Shown here one piece after another: positions 23,890 through 36,959 of a DNA stretch of 50,679 bases (position 1 is its first letter; each line of letters opens with the position of its first letter). Location: contig MU058045.1 in the NCBI GenBank assembly GCA_013265495.1, positions 62,001 through 112,679 of the forward strand, in the 5' to 3' direction. Made by a program: the position numbers and the translations under genes. The stretch is from Vicugna vicugna. Lineage: Eukaryota. The notes under the pieces were generated by a model that did not search any database, had not been told where the DNA came from, and worked only from the letters and a program-made list of their open reading frames with translations.

Positions 23890-25540
23890 ATGATAAAAGA
23901 CTCAATCACCTGAAAGGTATAACAATTGCAAAATTACATGAGCTCAGTGAAATAACCTCAACAGATGTAAGGGGAAATTTTGATAGAACAACAGAGAGAA
24001 ATTGACAAGTCCGCCATCATGGAGGTAGATTTCAACATGCCTCTTGCAATCATTGATAGATGAATGCTACACACCCCTACCCCCAAAATAGCAAAGATAT
24101 GGAAGGTTTGAAAAGCCTAATTTTAAAACTTGATTTAATAACATATAGAAAACCCTGCTCCAAATAATTAAGGATTAAACAGTCTACTCAAGTACACCTG
24201 GAATCTGTAGTAAATTAGCTGAGTAATAGGCTAGAGGCAAGTCTCAACAAATTTCAAGGAAGGACTATCATATAGATCTCTCACTAAACTGCAATTAGTA
24301 AGAAGCCATTAACAAGCAGAGAAATTTGAACATTCCGGTACAGTTGGAAATTTTAAAAATTCACTTCTAACGTCTTATAAAGCAATGAAAAAACCGTAAC
24401 AACAAATTTTAAATATTTGGAATTGAGCAATATTGCAAATATTACACATCAAAACTTGTAGGATGCAGCAAACTCAGAACATAGGAGAAATTTTATATTC
24501 TCACATCCTTTTATTAGAGAAGCATAAGGACTAAATAGCCTTCTTTAAAAGTTAGGAAAAGAACAGGATAACCCGAGGAAAACTGAGAACCAAGATCAAT
24601 TAAATAGAAAACAAAGACTCACCAGAGATGATCAGCAAAGCCAAAAGGTGTTTCTTTGAAATTGACATTATCTGAAAACAATGATCATGAAAAAAACGGG
24701 ATTAAAAAAGAGATATAACTGCAGATATAGCAGAGTAAAAAGAGGGTGGAGGGTATAGCTCAGTGGTAGAGTACATACCTAGCACGCATGAGGTCCTGGG
24801 TTCAATCCCTGGTACCTTCACCAAAAGTAACAAATAGATAAATCTAATTACTTACCCTGCAAAAAAAATTAATTAAAAAAAAAGAAACAGGATACTATAA
24901 ACAATATTGGGACAATATTTGAAAATGGAAATGGAATGGACAAATTACTAGAATAAACACAACCTTCCAAAAATTACCCAAGAAGAAATAGAAATTCAAA
25001 TCATTTACAACAGCAAAACCTTGAAAACAACCCAAATGAGTATGAGAGGAAAATTAAATTGCGAGCAGGGGAGATTGTAGTTTAGTCAAAAAGTGGAACA
25101 CCTCTGTGGTTTTATATGGAAGTAAAAATATTTCTACATATATTAACATGGATACATCTCACAAACAAAACGCTGAGTGAATAAACGCAATTTGTAGAAT
25201 GCTTTGTAAATAGAATTACATGTCTTTAAAGTTTAGAAACCCACAAAATAATACCATTCATTGGTAATGGGCACAGACATAAAAAATTAAAGTACAAAAA
25301 CTTGAGAACCACACCCATTAACTTCAGGGTGGTGGTTACCTAGGGAGAGAAAGGGACGGGGGTGGGACAGGGTGGGACTGGAAGCAGGTACCTGGTGGCT
25401 TTAAGTGGGTGCATATCTCTTTAAAAATATATCAGAAATACATACAACCAAATAGTAAGACCTATGAAAGCTAGATGCTGGGTATGAGGGTTATTTTTTT
25501 CTCTACGTTTTTCTGTGGTTTTGAAATATCTCCTATTACT
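23890..25540 (+). mobile_element. Decayed L1 ORF2 (endonuclease region) to 3' end
   Basis: gagaaattgacaagtccgccatcatggaggtagatttcaacatgcctct ... catcaaaacttgtaggatgcagcaaa ... aatggacaaattactagaa. Confidence 0.75.
24744..24883 (+). mobile_element. tRNA-Ala-derived SINE (vic-1-like) inserted in L1
   Basis: gggtatagctcagtggtagagtacatacctagcacgcatgaggtcctgggttcaatccctggtacc plus ctaattac/A-rich tail. Confidence 0.85.
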
Positions 25541-26366
25541 TGTTTTATTTAAAAGAAAATAGGAGATGAAGAAGTGAAGACAATGAAAAAGGCAACTCAA
25601 AGAGTTTTGCTCTAAAGAGAAGTGGCAGGGCAGTCGCCGGCGTGACACGTGGTCCACAGGGTGGGCGTCTAAGTGGGGCTGGGGGAGCTCGGTTGTAACT
25701 CACGGGAATGATTCAGGAGGGAGAGAAAACTCACGGGTGCAGACAGGGGTAAGCCCTGAAGGAAGTGCATGGGCGTGGGCTCCACAGCCTTAGATGGGAA
25801 CAGAGCCATGACACCAGCCCGTTAACAATAAGGGAAGGAGGGTGTGTGGGAGATGCAGGCTTGGTCGCTGGAAAACATGGAGGTGGAAAACTTGGAGATG
25901 AGTGAGGCTCCTCAGCTGCTGTAACACCACAAAGCGTGTTTCTCACTCACATCACAGCCCAAAGGAGGACAAGGTTCCTCGCTGGAGTGGCTCAGGGGTC
26001 CAGGCGCCTCCCTTCCTCGGCTCTGCGGCCCACTGGGGCCTCCTTGGGTTCCCTTCCATCTGGTCAGCTGAGAAGCAAAGATCAAGAATGAGAAGGACCA
26101 AGTAGGACACCTTATGGCCAGGCCTGGATGCACGCAACAGAGCAGTACAGGCCGGAATCCAGGCTTGGGGGTGAAGCCCCCCGCGACGTGGCAAGAGGAG
26201 CTCGGATCAGTGACTGTCCAGGTGGCCGCCATCACAGAGCATGACAGAGGCTCTCATCAGATCTGACATTCTCTCAGTGAAATAAGCAGCAAGGTTGTCG
26301 ACTGAAAGGGAGGAAGGCTCAAGAGAGGAGAAAGTATGAAGCGATGATCTTGAGAGATGGAGAGCA

Positions 26367-26416
26367 GATTGAATCTGTAGGACTGCCGGGCGATTGAATC
26401 TGTAGGACTGCTGGAC
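26367..26416. repeat. 25-bp tandem duplication
   Basis: gattgaatctgtaggactgccgggc followed by gattgaatctgtaggactgctggac. Confidence 0.9.
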
Positions 26417-26749
26417 GGGGCTGAAGATTCACTTGAAATTGGTCACAGTTTTAAAGTCAGACAGGTCATCATGCTGTGGTGTTTTGGTTGGTAATGGGCC
26501 TGCTTCCTCTGGCCATACTCAACTGCCCAACTGCGGGACCAGAGCCAGAAGAAAAGAATTTAGCTGGGGTTGGAATTTTGCCTGGTGAGAAAGAGCAAGG
26601 GGAAAGCGGAAGAAGGGAATTCAGGGTATGAAAGGATTTTAATTATAATTTTAATTACAAGTACTTCAAGTTCACTGAGAAGGGCAGTGAACAGGACAAG
26701 GGAAGGATAATGGAAAAGAGGACAATGGGACTGAAAGTTCCATGCTTCT

Positions 26750-26930
26750 ATGCATGGCTTGGTCTTCCTGGTGACCAGCCACCATCCTGAAGCTATCCAA
26801 GAGCCCCCCCAAGAGGAGCCTCGTTAGAACAGAAGATGCTCTTATCACCAAAGAAATTCCAAGGTTTTTAGGAGCTCTGTGTCAGGAACTGGGGGTGGAC
26901 ACTAAATATATATTTCTTGTCATGTCACAA
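26750..26930. mobile_element. MER21-like LTR fragment
   Basis: ggtgaccagcccaccatcctgaagctatc ... aaattccaaggtttttaggagctctgtgtcaggaac ... tgtcaca. Confidence 0.65.
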
Positions 26931-27029
26931 CTATCTATTAATTCCTATATGTACTTGGATGTGATAGATATCTATTGTTTGGTTTGCCCCCACATCCAAC
27001 CCCTAATCACCACATTTCTGTGAACTCTC

Positions 27030-27430
27030 TGCCTACCTTTCCATGTGGTCTCTGTGGCAGCCGCCATGAACTGACCCTGCCCTTGGCTCCAGCTTATTGG
27101 CACAGAGTTTGTCAGCTGACCCGCAGCCAATCAGTATCTTCCTTGGGAGCTGAGCGAGGGAATATGTAAGGTATAAAACTCAGGACTGTTGTAAGCACGT
27201 GAATTGAAGAGCAGAGAAGCCAGCCTACAGTCAGAGAACAGGCAGATGCTCTGAAAGCAGCAGAGCTGATGCACAGACAGAACTTCCTGGGTCCCTACAG
27301 AGCACAGAGGCCCAGCTGCACCCTGCCCCAAGACCCTGTGGGATAGTCCACAATCCTTCTGATAAACTCCTTCTTTGTATAAGCTGGTTCCCCTTGGATT
27401 TCTGTCACTTCAAAACAAAACAGCCCCTAC
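27030..27430 (+). mobile_element. Old MLT1-type LTR fragment
   Basis: 3' signature ataaactccttctttgtataagctggtt ... ggatttctgtcactt. Confidence 0.5.
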
Positions 27431-28684
27431 TAATCCCCTGGATCCATTTCTGGAGTCTATTTCATGTCACTGATTCATCTGTCCGTCCCCAGGACAGTGC
27501 CAAGTGTGTTTCAATTACTTACCTTATATTTGAATATCTGTTAGGACAAGTCCCCTGATTGTTGTTTTTTAAAACATTTTTCTGTGGGCTGTTCTCACAC
27601 ATTTATTCATACTGTCAAATTCCCCCCAAAAATGCATAGGAATTTTGATTCCGATAACTTTGACTTTTACATTAATTTAAGGGAAAATGAAATCACTGCT
27701 CTGTTGAGACTCCCTAGCCAAGGGTAAGTTGGTTGTATTCCAGTATTTTTCTCACCTCCATTAGAGTTTCACAGCTGTTTCCATACACACCTTGCACATT
27801 TTCTAAGTTCATTCCTAGGTGTTCTATGTATTGGCATCTTGCATCCTCATCCATCTTTCTGGAGTTGGAGTTTGGGGATGGGGCTTGCAGTAGGTACCTC
27901 TGATGCCCCACATCACACCCCCTTGCCTGCCACTGACTCAGCCACAGCAGAGGTGGACAGGGCTACGTGAGCTCGGGCAGCTCCTCCCGCTGATGGCGTC
28001 CCACCTCCAGCCTGAGCCATACCTTCTACCCCGGGGCCTCCCCCAGCGCCGCTCCACTCAGAGCCGTCCTGCCAGCACAAGTCCAGCCCAGACCCCTGAG
28101 GAGTTAACACCACAGGAAACCATGGAGAAATGCTCCAGCACCTCTCCTTTAGATCCAAATGCTCAGGAGATGCTGGGAGCCTCACTGGCCAAAACATGCG
28201 GTAACCGTGGTGACACGTCCCATGGATTTGGTCTTCCCTCCCCTGTCTCACTACCCCCTCCTCCCCTCCTGCTTTCTGGAACCAGCTCCCCAGAAAACTC
28301 CCTCCCTCAAGCCTTTCTCTTAGCGAAAGAGCCTTCTTGGAGAGACTCAAACCAAGACAGACCTCCTATGAGATTCTGACTCACGCGAGGCAGTGGAGTT
28401 TTATAGGAGAACCACTTGAGCTGGTTGGCTTCCCTGTGGCCAAGAAACATCACACCGCCTCCACATGGGCGCTGAACTGAGCTGGGACCAGTTGGCGAGA
28501 GTGAGCACCAGGGGGCAGTCCTTTCAGGGATACAGCTGAGGTGCAGGAAAAGCTAACTTGGCTTCAGGGCAGGGAATCAAAAACTCCTGACGTAAAGGTG
28601 AAAATAGGAGTAAAAACCATAGCAATTTTTTCCTTAAAAATACAAAACAAATCTCCTGATGGACACGGTTTCCTCTCCTTCCCA

Positions 28685-28790
28685 GCACGCACGTGCATGG
28701 GTGTGTGTACACACATATAGACACACAGTCACATACATACCTACAGACAGACACGCACGCACACATGCGTACATGTACACACACACGTAT
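28685..28790. repeat. Degenerate (CA/TG/CG) alternating purine-pyrimidine tract
   Basis: gcacgcacgtgcatgggtgtgtgtacacacatatagacacacag ... gcacgcacacatgcgtacatgtacacacacacgt. Confidence 0.75.
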
Positions 28791-29214
28791 CAGGCTGTCA
28801 CCCCAATATTCTTGAGTTTTCCAGCCTTTGGGGTCTTACCCATCTCTTTAATACTTCCGACCAGCCTGTAACTCCTCCACAGAACTACATACCTGGTTTG
28901 CCTCTTCCAAATTCAGGCCACAGCCCCTCCCTTTATCCCCCAAAGCACAGTTAGCTGGAGGCAATAAAGAGGAAGTTAAGACAATGGTCAGAGAGGGGCC
29001 AGGAGGTCAGCTGGGGAATTTCTGATGGAAAAGTCTTTGAATTTAGACTGGGGCGGGGGGAGCTGACTATACCAGAGAGAAGCAACAGTCACTGGAGGGA
29101 TTTAAGGAAACATTAGCAATTGCAAAGGATTTTTGGCAAGGATACTATATAGATGGGATTATATGGTATATTATTTTGCAGCCTGGAATTTTTTCATTTT
29201 TTTAAGTGGCAATT

Positions 29215-29364
29215 TCTTTTTATGTATTTATTTATTTTGGGAGGGAGGGGGAGGTAATTAGGTTTGTCTTTTTTTTAATGGAGGTACTAGGGTTTAATGG
29301 AGGTACTAGGGATTGAACCCAGGACATTCTAGGCATGCGCTCTACCACTGAGTTAGACCCTCCC
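29215..29364 (-). mobile_element. tRNA-Ala-derived SINE (vic-1-like) with an internal 19-bp duplication
   Basis: Minus strand gggagggtctaactcagtggtagagcgcatgcctag...gtcctgggttcaatccc. tttaatggaggtactaggg is repeated at 29274-29292 and 29293-29311. Confidence 0.85.
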
Positions 29365-31116
29365 CTCTCATTTAATCTCCTACAGACCTTAAGCATGAAC
29401 TTGTCCCTCCAAGTAGTCCCGCAAATTTGCATCATACACTCCAGACTCAGCATCTGGGAGAGAGGGTCCAGTGGGCACTGTCTAAAGTACGACCCCGCCC
29501 CAGCTACAGCAGGGAGGCCCGAGGGAGGATACAGTCCCTGCAGCTGTTTGCGTCCTCAGGAATGCACGTAATGAGGGATCCCCTAAAGTGGAGATGACAA
29601 ATGTTTACTGTAATATCCTGGTTCTCTGTTGGGGTTTTTTTTTCCCCCTTGTTATTTTGTAGGAGTTCTTTATACTCTGGATATTAATTCCTTGTTATAA
29701 ATGTTGCAAATATTTCATCCAAGTCTATCGCTTATGTCTAATTTTAGTGAAGTCAAATCTGCCCATCTTTTCCGTAGAAGCAAAATATTACTTCCCCAAA
29801 TTGCTCTTTAAAAAACTATTATGTCCTATATTTCCATTATATTTCCATTTCCATTTCTGTCTGCAGGCCACGTTTTCTGATTCAGCTGCAGTGAATAAAA
29901 TACGGACAAAAGTTGAGACAAGTATGGGGAACATCCACGAACCACTGCCCGCTTCAGCAATTATCAATGCTTGACCAGTTTTGTTTTTCCTACACCCACC
30001 CCAACCTACCCCCCCATCCTCCTGAACTATTTCAGAGCAAATCCCAGACATATCATTTCCCCTGTAAATATTTCAGCATGGATCTCTAAAATAGAGAATC
30101 TTCTGTTTCTAACTTAACCACAAACCATACTATTACCACACCAAAGATAATTGACAGTAATGCCTTATCCGAGTAGTATTTTAAATTACCTGATATTCCC
30201 ATAAGGTCTTTTTACAACTAGTCTATTCAAATCAGGATCCAATGTCCCCACATTGCAGGCACCGAATATGCCTCTTAAGGCTCTTTTAATCTATAACAGA
30301 TTTCCCCGCCCTCTTTGTTTTCCCTTGCCATTTATTTGTTGAAGAAATCGGAAATTGGCTCTGTAAAATCCTCCTCCTTCTGGATTTGACTGAACACTCG
30401 TCTGTATGCGTGCTCCCCTCCCCACCGAAAGTCATATGAACAAGTAGTTAGAGCTAGAATCTTAATTAGATTCAGGTTCAAGTTTCTCTGAGCAAAAAAA
30501 AAGTCTTCCCCAGGTGATGCTGTGTAGCCCCCATTACATCAAAATAGGAGATACCTGATGTCTGCAATTTTTTAAAAAATTGACCCCCTCCTTTCTAATC
30601 ATTTTATTCTTATTTCTCAACCTAGATCAGCCTTCAGAACTAGCCCGGGTGATGATTCACCAAGTCTTGGGTCCTGTTTCTCATCTCTCCCCATTAGGGA
30701 CCCTGGCAGAGTGGACACTGACACGCACACGTCCATTTTTCCTTCTGGGTCAGAGGTGATCTGTGAGCTTCTCCCACTCAGTTCAAGGCACGCTCTCAGC
30801 ATCGGTCTGTTCAAGGTTCTTCTCTCATTTTGAACCCCCCACCCCCACCGCACGCTTCACCCTGGTCTCGTCCTATTCTCCTCCCTTCCTTAAACAACCA
30901 CTTGAATGGAGTTGACATGTCCTTGAAAATGCGTAGATCCTGGAAATGCATGCGGTGCGATTGTGTGCACAGACTTTTAGCTTTTATCAGTGTTTTTGTG
31001 TTCTAGACAGCATTCTCTTTTTCAGTTTTTTCATTCAATGCTGCTTTTAGGTGTATCCTTAATATTGTGTGTGTATGTCGTCACTAGGGTTTTTTCTGTG
31101 CAAAACACTGTGGTCT

Positions 31117-31890
31117 TTTTTCCAGCTTTATTGAGATATGATTGATGAATAGAAATTGTATCCATTAGATTGTGATTTTTTGAAGTGTACAACGTGATGA
31201 TTTTACACATATATGCATATATGATTCCCACAACCAAATAAATTAACACAACCATCACCTCACATGGTTACCATTTCTTTTGGTGTGGTCAGAGCCCTCA
31301 AGATTTACTCTCTTAGCAAATTTCAAGTATATGATACAGTATTGTTAACTCTAGTCCCCATGCTGTGCATTAGGTTCCCAGAATTTATTTCTCTTTTAAC
31401 TGAAACTTTGTATCCTTTGACCAGCATCTCCCCATTGCTCCCACCTCCATCCCACCGCCCCTGGCAACCATCATTCAACTCTCTGGTTCTATGAGTTCGA
31501 CGTTTTTAGATGCCACATGTGAGATCATAAGTGAGTTTTTGTATTTCTGTGTCTGACTTATTTCACTTAGCATAACTTCCTCAAGGTTCATCCCTGCTGT
31601 CACAAATGGCAGGATTAGGGTTCCTTTCTTTTATGGCTGAATAATATTCCATTGTAGAGATATATATATATATATAATTTTCTTTATTCATTCATCCATC
31701 AACAGACACTTAGGTTGTTTCTGTATCTTGGCTATTGTGAATAACACTGCAATGAACATGAGGGTGCAAATATCTCTTCAAGACACTGATTTCATTTCCT
31801 TTGGTTATATACCCAAAAGTAGAATAGTTGGCTCATCTGGTAGTTCTAGTTTTCATTTTTGAGGACCCTCCATGCTGGTTTCCATAGTGA
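31117..31890 (-). mobile_element. L1MA-type 3' fragment
   Basis: tttttccagctttattgagatatgattg ... tttatggctgaataatattccattg ... ggttatatacccaaaagtagaat. Contains a (TA)n run at about 31660. Confidence 0.85.
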
Positions 31891-32449
31891 CTGCACCATT
31901 AATCACTGTTCCTAAGTGTGGGACAGTAGCCTATCAGGCACACCCACCACGTCATGCTATCAGCAGGCACCTAGGTCCCCTCCAGTTCCTGCTGCCCAAA
32001 CAGCACTGCTGTGAACCTCTCTGCAGCATGCCTCAGTGGACCAGTAAGAGTGTGTATACCCAGAAATAGGATTGCAGGGATCATGGTATATGTGCATTCT
32101 TAATTCCACTAAATACCTTGCAGAATGGCTATTCCAATTTATACTCCCATCAGCAGTGCATAAGGTTCTCATTTCCCCCGCGCGTCCTTGCCAGCACTTG
32201 ACTTCCTCTCTAATTGTTGTCAATTGAATGAGTGTAAAGAGATGGCTCAGCGATGTTTGTTTTAAATTGCGTTTCTCTCCTTACTAGTGATTATAAGCAC
32301 GTCTTCATATGCACATTAGACCCCTGGGGTCCATCTTCTGTGAACTGCTGTTTATATGCTTCCCGACTTCTCTAATAGGTTTCCAATCTATTTCTTCCTC
32401 TCAGGGCTCCTTCAGTGCTGGATGTCTTCCGTTTGTCCTCAACATCCAC

Positions 32450-32850
32450 TGTCTACCGTTCTCCACTCTTTCCGTGGCTTCAAAGGCTGTATGGCTGCAT
32501 GAGCATGCTCCCTGGCCATCTGGCTTCCAGGCCAGGCAGGAGCTCAGAGGGAGGAAAAGGAGAGAAATGAATATACTGACTCCCCAGCTCCCTCCCTGGC
32601 AGGTGACTGTGGACTAAGTCCCTCCTGCAACCAGAAGTCACAGCTCCTGTATCTCCACGCAGCATCCTCTCTCTCTGGATTCCTGAAGACACTACCAACT
32701 CCCCACTGCTGGGATACCTGCGTGCCCGCCCTATTTTGGTGGCTTCCCTAATCCTGCTCACAGGATTTTGTAAATCCTCTCTTTATTAAAACATCTTCCA
32801 ATTACCCATTTCACATAGGCCATCTGTTTCTTGCTGGGCACCTGATGGAT
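32450..32850. mobile_element. ERVL LTR33-like fragment
   Basis: ctccctggccatctggcttccag ... ctctttattaaaacatcttccaattaccc ... gccatctgtttcttgctggg. Confidence 0.5.
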
Positions 32851-32859
32851 ACATTGTCA

Positions 32860-35600
32860 TTGAGCTGAAAATTTTAATTTGCATGCAATTTCACTGATTT
32901 TTTTTTCTTTTTTGGCTTTTTGGCTTTTTGGTATGTGCTTTGGAGGCCTTATCGTTGAAGCCCTTCTGTACTCCTAGATAGAAGATTCTCCTTCCTTTTT
33001 TTCTATTACTTCTGTACTTTCAATCTTTTATATTTAGATCTCAAATCTATCCATCATCCATCTTTGTATGTGTTGTTGGGTATGGATTTTTTTTCTTCAT
33101 ATGGAGAGCCAATTCTCCCAATAATATCTTTCCTCTACCAACTTGAGGTGCCTCCCTTATTATATATTAAGTTCCTGTTTACGCACATTTCTGTCTCTGA
33201 GCCTCCCATGCCGTTGGTCTCTGTCTGTGCTGTATCATTACCACACTGTCTTTATGGACACGGCTTTGTGGTATACTCTAATGCCTGGTAAGTCTAGTTT
33301 CCCTTTCTCTCAACTTTTGCTTTTTTTTCTCCCAAATTGACTTTTATCCTTCTGTGTGGGTTTTTTTTTTCCTTTAAATCTGTTGAGATGCTTTTAAAAA
33401 TCCAGCTGAAATTTGTATTTTTATTACATTGAATTTACATATGAATTCGGCAAGGATTTTAGTCTTTTTTCTTGTCTACTTTTTATATATCATTATGATG
33501 ATAGTTGACTGATACACCTGCTGAAGCCCCTTATTAGGCTGATTGTTTATTGATGCCATTGATTGTCCATGTGGATGATCGTATTGTTTCATCGCTTGCT
33601 TTCGTAGATGTACTTTTCTCTTTCTCTTCTCTCCTTTCTCTTGCCTGGAATGCATCACAGCTGGAGCAGGACAGTCGTCTTGGAACATGTGATAGAATCC
33701 ACATGTTGAGAACAGCAGAGGAACAATGTAGAAGCGGTCAAGATCCTAAAAGATTTTATCATAAATAGGTGTTGAACTTTTGCCAAGTGTTTTTTCTGCA
33801 TCCTGTAATTCTTCCTTTTGGACTCCCTTAATCTAGTCTTCTGTACTGCCTATGTCTATTTTATTAATAGATTTTTCTGATGTTAAACTATCTTTGGAGG
33901 GGGAGGGTATAGCTCAGTGGTAGAGCACATGCTTAGCATGCATGAGGTCCTGGGTTCAATCCCCAGTACCTCCATTTACAAAATAAATAAACAAAACAAA
34001 AAAAATTGAATAAACAAATAAATAAATAAAACTAATTACCTCCCGCCCAAAAAAGTAAAATAAAATAAAATAAATCTATTTTTTAAAACCATCTTTGGGT
34101 TTTTACTCAAGGTATATATGCTACTTGAACATGTTATCACTTTTAATACACCAGTGGATTGGGTTAGCTCAAATTTTATATAGGAATTTTACATCTTTGG
34201 TCATTATAGTGAAAATTCTCTATTTGAAATTTGTTTAAAACTTGCTTTATGGCCAAGTATTTGCTCAATTTTTTAAAAATGTGCCAGTGTACTTGAAAAG
34301 TGAGTATTCTGTAGCTGACAAGTGCGCTCAGCTAAATGCATCCACTGGCTCATTATACTTCAACCTTCAAAACATCTGTGCTTAGTGATTTTTTTTTTGG
34401 TCTGCTTGATCTGTCAGTTACTGAGAGAGGCATTACAGTCTCCTACTGTGAATATAGATTTGCATATTTTTTCTTGTACTTCCAAATTTTTTTTTAATTG
34501 AAGTGCCACCTTTTTTATTTCATGTATTTTGTGGCCATGTTATTCAGTGCATGTATTTAACACTGGTATACCTTTCTGTTGAATAAAACCTTTTACCATT
34601 AGGAAGTGACCCTCTTATCTCTACTAATAGTTTTTGTTATAAAGTGTACTTTGTAAGAAAATTACGTCATTAGAATTTTCCTACCTTTTTTGTACTTTCA
34701 CTTTCAAACTCTCTGTCTAGATGTGTGTCTTGGGCGTGTGGTTGGACTTTATTTTTTATTCTGTCTGGAAGTTGTCTCTTCAAAGGATAATTTAGTCTTT
34801 TGCATTTAATATAATCAGCAACATATTTGGATTCATAACTAATCTTTTGATTTTTCTTATTTACCTGTTCTATTTTCCTCTCCTTCCTGTTTTCCTTCAG
34901 ATTAATGTTTTTTTTCCTTCATTTCTCCCCTTTATAAATTTGGAAGCTATAAGCTCTGTTTCTAAGGGATTAACCTAAAAATTATAACCCTGGTAGGAGA
35001 AACTGTCTTTATTCTGCTGTTTCAAATCTGATTTTGTTATATAATTACATCCTCTGCATCTGTGCTTCTGTGACCTTTCTCCTCTCTAAAGTCATGTTTG
35101 TTTCCTTTTTTCTCCTCCATATTTATTTACCTTTCCAAGAGTCAGATTATTCTTTTGTTTATGATATCCACATTTTTATTTTCTAGTGCATTAATTTTTG
35201 CTTTTTAAAAAGAGTTCCTCCTATTTTGCTATCCTCTTTTCAAGTGTCTTGATTTAAAATGTAGCTTATTTCAATTCAGCCTTTCTTATTTTTTTAATAA
35301 ATGCCCTTAAGGTTAAATAATTTTCCTTTTGCAAATTTCTTCATAACATCCCACAGTCTCGGTATGTAGTGCTCTCTTGTTCATTTCTAAACCACTCGAC
35401 TGTTTCATTTTTATTTCCTCTTAAACTCAAAGTTGTCTAGAAAGATGATGAGAAATGGATGTTGATTGATCTTTTTTGGCTATACTTTTGTGTTCATTTC
35501 TAACCTTATTTTACTGTGGTCACAGCATTGCTCCTTTTTAGAATCAGTGTAGGTTTTATTGGTGGCTAATACTTGGTGAATTTTGGTTGATAAACCCATA
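32860..35600 (-). mobile_element. Patchwork of ancient antisense L1 fragments
   Basis: Very T-rich with L1-like phrases (tttgtctgcttgatctgtcagttactgagagagg; ttattttactgtggtcacag). Confidence 0.55.
33898..34085 (+). mobile_element. tRNA-Ala-derived SINE (vic-1-like) with 13-bp TSD
   Basis: GGGGAGGGTATAGCTCAGTGGTAGAGCACATGCTTAGCATGCATGAGGTCCTGGGTTCAATCCCCAGTACCTCCA plus tail. TSD aaactatctttgg (33885-33897) / aaaccatctttgg (34086-34098). Confidence 0.9.
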
Positions 35601-35834
35601 AGTAGCCATAAAGTCTTCATCTGTTTGTCCCGTTCACTCCCATCCTGGGTCGTAGATCCTATTTGTTTTAGGTTTTCTCTTCCATGGTATTGGTTTTCCT
35701 CCCACGCTGGTGACTCTGGGTTACGGGTTCCTGTCTGCATTTGTTGTATCTGTTACCTGTCTGTGGATGCTGCTTCTGATCACACTGGGGTGGTTCTGCT
35801 CCTGGGGGCATTGCTAGAGGTAGGATGGCCCCAG

Positions 35835-36494
35835 TGAAACCCAACAGGAGACTGCAGAGCCCTGCCAGGTGCAAAAGCCCTTCCGTGACCTTTCTCTTGT
35901 TTGTTAAAAAAAAAAAAAAAAGTTGTGATCTCCCGAGCCTCCCCAGAGTCACAAAAGAGCAAATTTAAGCGGTTAATGACTAGGACAAAAGAATCACTGA
36001 ATCTTTAGTTCCTCCCTGAGGGACAGAGGTAGCAGTATCTGATGAATCTTCCTGGGTTGTTTTGCAGATACTAAAACCACCACCAAATGGGAAAAGCTAA
36101 CTGAGTAACGACCAGACTGTAGCCAAGACATAAGCTGCTCCATCTTGAGCAATCCTGAGTCTATGGCTTGGAGAATTCCAAGAACTGGCCTCAAGGAAAT
36201 GGGAAAAAACCACCCCTGGAACTGAAGAGTAACTGTGCTTAAAACAGTCAAGATGACACTGATCAGACTACGGCATGACCAGTTCCAAGATGATTGTTGC
36301 ATGTAGCCCCTGAAACTCCCGTTTAAAAGCTTTTGCCCCTGATCATCGAGGGGAGATAGTTCTTTGGGAAATGAGTTCATCTTCTCTCCAGGATTGCCGC
36401 CTTCCTCAATAAAGCTATCTTTCCTTTCACCCAGTGCTTGTCTCTCAGTATTGGATTCCTGAGCCTTGAGCAGCTGAACCTGAGTTCAGTAACA
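35835..36494 (+). mobile_element. Solo ERV (class I-like) LTR, 660 bp
   Basis: TG...CA termini (tgaaacc ... cagtaaca), a 4-bp TSD CCAG (35831-35834 and 36495-36498), TATA-like tttaaaag at about 36322 and AATAAA at 36408-36413. Confidence 0.75.
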
Positions 36495-36694
36495 CCAGGA
36501 ACAATACCATTTTACAGCTGAGACTGAGAGAGTAGACTAACCTACCCTAACTCACATGCCCATAAATAACAAATGCAGGCCACCTGGCCCGAAGCGCAGC
36601 AGAACTCAGGGTGATCGCTGCCTGCCCTAGGCTTCCCAGTGCCAGCCAGCCCACTCCCAATTCCTAATCCCCATCAAGCAGACAACTCAGAATG

Positions 36695-36720
36695 TTTAGT
36701 GTATTTCTCTTCTTTTTACT
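36695..36720 (-). terminator. Candidate non-canonical poly(A) signals of ASGR1 (AGTAAA 36720-36715; ACTAAA 36700-36695)
   Basis: I saw no AATAAA on the minus strand in the ~400 nt after the stop codon. These two variant hexamers lie about 240-265 nt downstream. Confidence 0.4.
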
Positions 36721-36959
36721 CTAAAAAAAAAAAGTCGACAATAATAACCTGCAAACTACAGAAAGTGGCGTGGTTTCGATATTTCCGCCCCTCCAAACAT
36801 TATTCTCCTTGCCTCAGACACCACCCTTTCTCTTCCCTCGAAATCTTAGATGAAAATCCCCCAGAAAGTGGAGGAGGCCCCCCATAGGAGGGTCCCCAAG
36901 CCAGGGCCCCTATGGCAGTTAAAGGCTTTGCGGAAATAAATTAGGGGGAGGAGGGGGTG

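Noticed and set aside
27903..28379. 158-aa plus-strand ORF (and 145-aa antisense ORF)
   Set aside because: Low-complexity Pro/Ser/Leu composition in what looks like old LTR-like DNA; no known domain.
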